Part shown: positions 62,014 through 64,000 of the stretch, in pieces
How the letters are laid out: every line of letters starts with the position of its first letter
How positions within the stretch are numbered: position 1 is the first letter of the stretch
DNA from: Bacteroidales bacterium
Lineage (GTDB): Bacteria; Bacteroidota; Bacteroidia; Bacteroidales; GCA-2748055
Reading direction: 5' to 3'
Length of the DNA: 64,000 nucleotides
Assembly: GCA_023138875.1 (NCBI GenBank)
Contig: JAGLOO010000035.1
Location: 1,722-65,721, forward strand
Notes under the pieces: model-generated
The model's input: only the letters and a program-made list of their open reading frames with translations
Databases searched by the model: none
What the model was told of the DNA's origin: nothing
Program-made: the position numbers and the translations under genes

Positions 62014-62083
62014 CTGTAAGCGATTATTTGCAATACTTAACAACAGGTTGGTCGGAAAGGTTTAAGGGAAATTACAGAAAATC

Positions 62084-63772
62084 CTAACGGCGTTTCCGCA
62101 GAAGCTCTTCGCCATCGTCATTGTACACCCTGTACTCCAGGAAATGAAGCGATTCCCCCGGCTGGATCTTTATCCTGCAACCCAATTCCCTTTTCCACTT
62201 TTTCTCCTCGGAATTGAATCCCTTCTTCAGGTATGTAGCAACAAAAGGATGAAGTTTAAGCTGCACCTGCGAAAGATTGTGCTCTTTGATCAGCACTGAT
62301 AGTTCATTCTTGACCATCTCCGGGAAGAGGATGGCGGGTTGAACCTTTCCACTGCCGGCGCACGTGGGACAGTTTTCTTCAGTTTCGATATGCATTTCGG
62401 GCCGTACCCGCTGGCGGGTGATCTGCATCAGTCCGAATTTGCTCAGCGGAAGGATGTTGTGTTTGGTCTTGTCTGCCGACATGGCCTCTTTCATGCTATC
62501 AAATAACTTCTGCTTGTGCTCGTGTTTGTGCATATCGATGAAGTCCACCACGATGATCCCACCCATGTCACGCAGGCGCAGTTGCCTGGCAATCTCATCT
62601 GCCGCAGACAGGTTCACTTCCACAGCGTTGGTCTCCTGGTCGTTTACCGACCTGGAACGGTTCCCGCTGTTCACATCGATCACGTGCAGTGCTTCGGTAT
62701 GTTCTATGATCAGGTATGCACCCTGTTTGAAGGAGACTGTCTTTCCAAAGGAAGCCTTGATCTGCTTCACAATGCCCATTTTTTCAAAAATGGATTCCTT
62801 GCCCGAATAGAGTTTGACGATCTTCTCTTTCTCCGGGGCCACTTTCCTGATGTAATCCTTGATCTCGTTATAAACCTTCTCGTCACTGATGTGAATCCCG
62901 TCGAAATCCACATTGAGGTGGTCCCTCACCACAGCCGATTCACGGCTGAGCTCGCTGATCACCAGCTTGGGTATGTTTTTAATGGTCAATTGCTCAAATG
63001 CCTTATCCCATTTCTTAACCAGTGAACGCAATTCAGAATCCAGTTCGGCCACCTTTTTCCCTTCGGCAACGGTACGTACAATAATGCCAAAATTTTGTGG
63101 CCTGATGGCCTGGAGCAGATGCTTCAACCGGTCTTTTTCCTCCTGGGAGGATATTTTCGAAGAGACAGATATCTTGTCGGCAAAGGGGATCAGTACGATG
63201 TTCCTTCCTGCAATGGAGATTTCGGAACTGAGCCTGGGTCCTTTCGTAGAGATGGGCTCCTTGGATATCTGCACAAGAATATACTGGCCCGACTTGAGGA
63301 CCTCGTTGATCTTTCCGTGCTTGTTGATGTCAGTTAAGCGCTTAAATTTGCTGATGGGAATGGGTCTGCCCTTCTTTGAAGTGGTCTGTCCCAGGTACTT
63401 GTTTAGAGAACTGAACTGAGGTCCCAGGTCAAGGTAGTGAAGGAAAGCATCCTTCTCATATCCCACATTAATGAATGCAGCATTGAGGCCCGGCATGATC
63501 TTTTTGACCTTTGCCAGGTAGATGTCCCCTACTGAAAATTGCTGCTTAAGTGATGATTGATTTAATTCAACGAGCTTACCATCTTCAAGTAGTGCAATCG
63601 AAACTCTTTCATTGTTGGAGTTGATTACCAGTTCACTGCTCACAATATTCGCATTTACGAAGATTAAGCTTAAACCTTTACGGTTCGATTTGATTCCATC
63701 GAGCTCGCCAGCTCGGTTGATTCCATCGAGCTCGCCAGCTCGGTTCTCGCTGTTTGCAGTGAGAAGAATCAA
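62084..63772 (-). CDS. rng: Ribonuclease E/G family protein (RNase G-like); start codon uncertain
   Basis: The S1 domain reads VGDIYLAKVKKIMPGLNAAFINVGYEKDAFLH and the catalytic core reads IIEHTEALHVIDVNSG, GGIIVVDFIDM. The conserved protein begins near SSELVINSNNERVSIALLEDG, where GTG 63643 is a plausible start. The track's TTG 63772 adds 43 aa containing a 27-bp duplication. Confidence 0.88.
   Translation of the reverse strand: MILLTANSENRAGELDGINRAGELDGIKSNRKGLSLIFVNANIVSSELVINSNNERVSIALLEDGKLVELNQSSLKQQFSVGDIYLAKVKKIMPGLNAAFINVGYEKDAFLHYLDLGPQFSSLNKYLGQTTSKKGRPIPISKFKRLTDINKHGKINEVLKSGQYILVQISKEPISTKGPRLSSEISIAGRNIVLIPFADKISVSSKISSQEEKDRLKHLLQAIRPQNFGIIVRTVAEGKKVAELDSELRSLVKKWDKAFEQLTIKNIPKLVISELSRESAVVRDHLNVDFDGIHISDEKVYNEIKDYIRKVAPEKEKIVKLYSGKESIFEKMGIVKQIKASFGKTVSFKQGAYLIIEHTEALHVIDVNSGNRSRSVNDQETNAVEVNLSAADEIARQLRLRDMGGIIVVDFIDMHKHEHKQKLFDSMKEAMSADKTKHNILPLSKFGLMQITRQRVRPEMHIETEENCPTCAGSGKVQPAILFPEMVKNELSVLIKEHNLSQVQLKLHPFVATYLKKGFNSEEKKWKRELGCRIKIQPGESLHFLEYRVYNDDGEELLRKRR
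63692..63745 (-). repeat. 2 x 27-bp perfect tandem duplication in the rng 5' region
   Basis: gattccatcgagctcgccagctcggtt occurs twice on the plus strand. It would encode NRAGELDGI x2 if translated. Confidence 0.9.
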
Positions 63773-63786
63773 TGTTATACAGAAAT

Positions 63787-63819
63787 AAACCTAAAGACCA
63801 ATGAAGGTGCTTTAGGTTT
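63787..63819 (-). terminator. Perfect 10-bp stem hairpin between the bS22-like gene and rng (terminator or processing/regulatory hairpin)
   Basis: aaacctaaag (63787-63796) pairs with ctttaggttt (63810-63819) around a 13-nt loop. On the minus strand it is followed by a moderately U-rich tract. Confidence 0.45.
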
Positions 63820-63846
63820 AGATCATTAAAAGAGAAATGAGTGTGT

Positions 63847-63939
63847 CTATTTCCTCTTCTTGTGTCTGTTCTTCCTCAAACGCTTCTTGCGCTTGTGGGT
63901 CGCCATCTTATGTCTTTTTCTTTTCTTTCCGCTTGGCAT
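63847..63939 (-). CDS. Tiny arginine/lysine-rich ribosomal protein bS22-like (AURKAIP1/COX24-domain type)
   Basis: A 30-codon ORF, MPSGKKRKRHKMATHKRKKRLRKNRHKKRK*, not in the supplied track because it is under 60 aa. To my memory this is essentially the conserved Bacteroidota sequence of that small protein. Confidence 0.6.
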   Translation of the reverse strand: MPSGKKRKRHKMATHKRKKRLRKNRHKKRK

Positions 63940-63951
63940 GATCACTACACT

Positions 63952-64000
63952 TTACTTCACGTTGGTCTTCACCTTGCTAACAAAAGTTTTAGCAGGCTTG
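63952..64000 (-). CDS. 3' end of an HU-family DNA-binding protein gene (partial; continues beyond the window)
   Basis: The minus-strand frame reads ..KPAKTFVSKVKTNVK*, resembling the ..FKPAK.F...V C-terminus of Bacteroidota HU proteins. Only 16 codons are visible. Confidence 0.35.
   Translation of the reverse strand, partial: KPAKTFVSKVKTNVK

Noticed and set aside
28000-63419. Long antisense ORFs opposite well-supported genes (28000-28806, 37364-38107, 39559-40125, 26267-26767, 54788-55420, 60773-61270, and 62364-63419 as a group).
   Set aside because: Each is fully contained in a gene with strong family motifs on the other strand and shows no motif of its own.
17577-63772. Non-ATG starts in the ORF track (TTG 17577, TTG 18674, GTG 33330, TTG 56571, TTG 63772), considered as a possible sign of unusual initiation or recoding.
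   Set aside because: The track simply opens ORFs at the first ATG/GTG/TTG. Some may be real, since no in-frame ATG is available for 17577 and 18674. There is no evidence of recoding, and 63772 is probably upstream of the true start.
1-64000. An eye search for tRNA/rRNA genes, integrases, transposases, IS-type terminal inverted repeats and invertible promoter switches.
   Set aside because: I found none. Cloverleaf-like or rRNA-like segments were not evident in the intergenic regions (for example 46769-47090, 54341-54642, 35063-35336). A tRNAscan or Infernal run would be needed to exclude small RNAs.

Overview
This window reads as a chromosomal segment from a T9SS-bearing member of the Bacteroidota. 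The evidence is type A and type B T9SS C-terminal sorting domains, a PorP/SprF-like gene, TAnnTTTG -7 boxes and an OlsF-like aminolipid synthase.

Layout:
- 1-15945: the last 15.9 kb of one giant repeat-built surface adhesin ORF (>5,300 aa, 5' end outside the window) ending in a type B CTD.
- 15946-20700: the expected PorP/SprF partner (17577-18581) is separated from the adhesin by an AT-richer AbiEi/AbiEii cassette whose toxin has decayed. A second, intact AbiE-like pair follows it.
- 20700-42000: mostly envelope and housekeeping genes (LarA-like, Wzi-like, cysC, cysQ, initiating sugar transferase, SDR epimerase, OmpH, GT2, FtsB-like, P5C dehydrogenase, SOD, M19 dipeptidase, OlsF-like, Lnt). 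Small accessory pieces interrupt them: an orphan XRE gene and an XRE-Panacea antitoxin-like gene.
- 42000-44300: a 1.2-kb AAA-ATPase cassette bracketed by a 54-bp duplication of the lnt 3' end, next to a WYL regulator.
- 44300-64000: a BNR-propeller T9SS type A cargo; an exported TPR-CHAT protease convergent with an operon of N-extended sigma factor, zf-HC2 anti-sigma and three small beta-barrel-like OMPs; a decayed ABC-ATPase+Toprim (OLD/PARIS-like) remnant; a third ECF sigma module; DsbD; RNase G; and a tiny bS22-like gene missed by the ORF track.

The most unusual observations are two membrane anti-sigma-like proteins whose extracytoplasmic ends look like T9SS sorting domains, and the sigma/anti-sigma/OMP operon sitting against a periplasmic caspase-like protease.

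I recognised no rRNA, tRNA, CRISPR array, integrase or transposase by eye. All family calls come from motif recognition without database searches.
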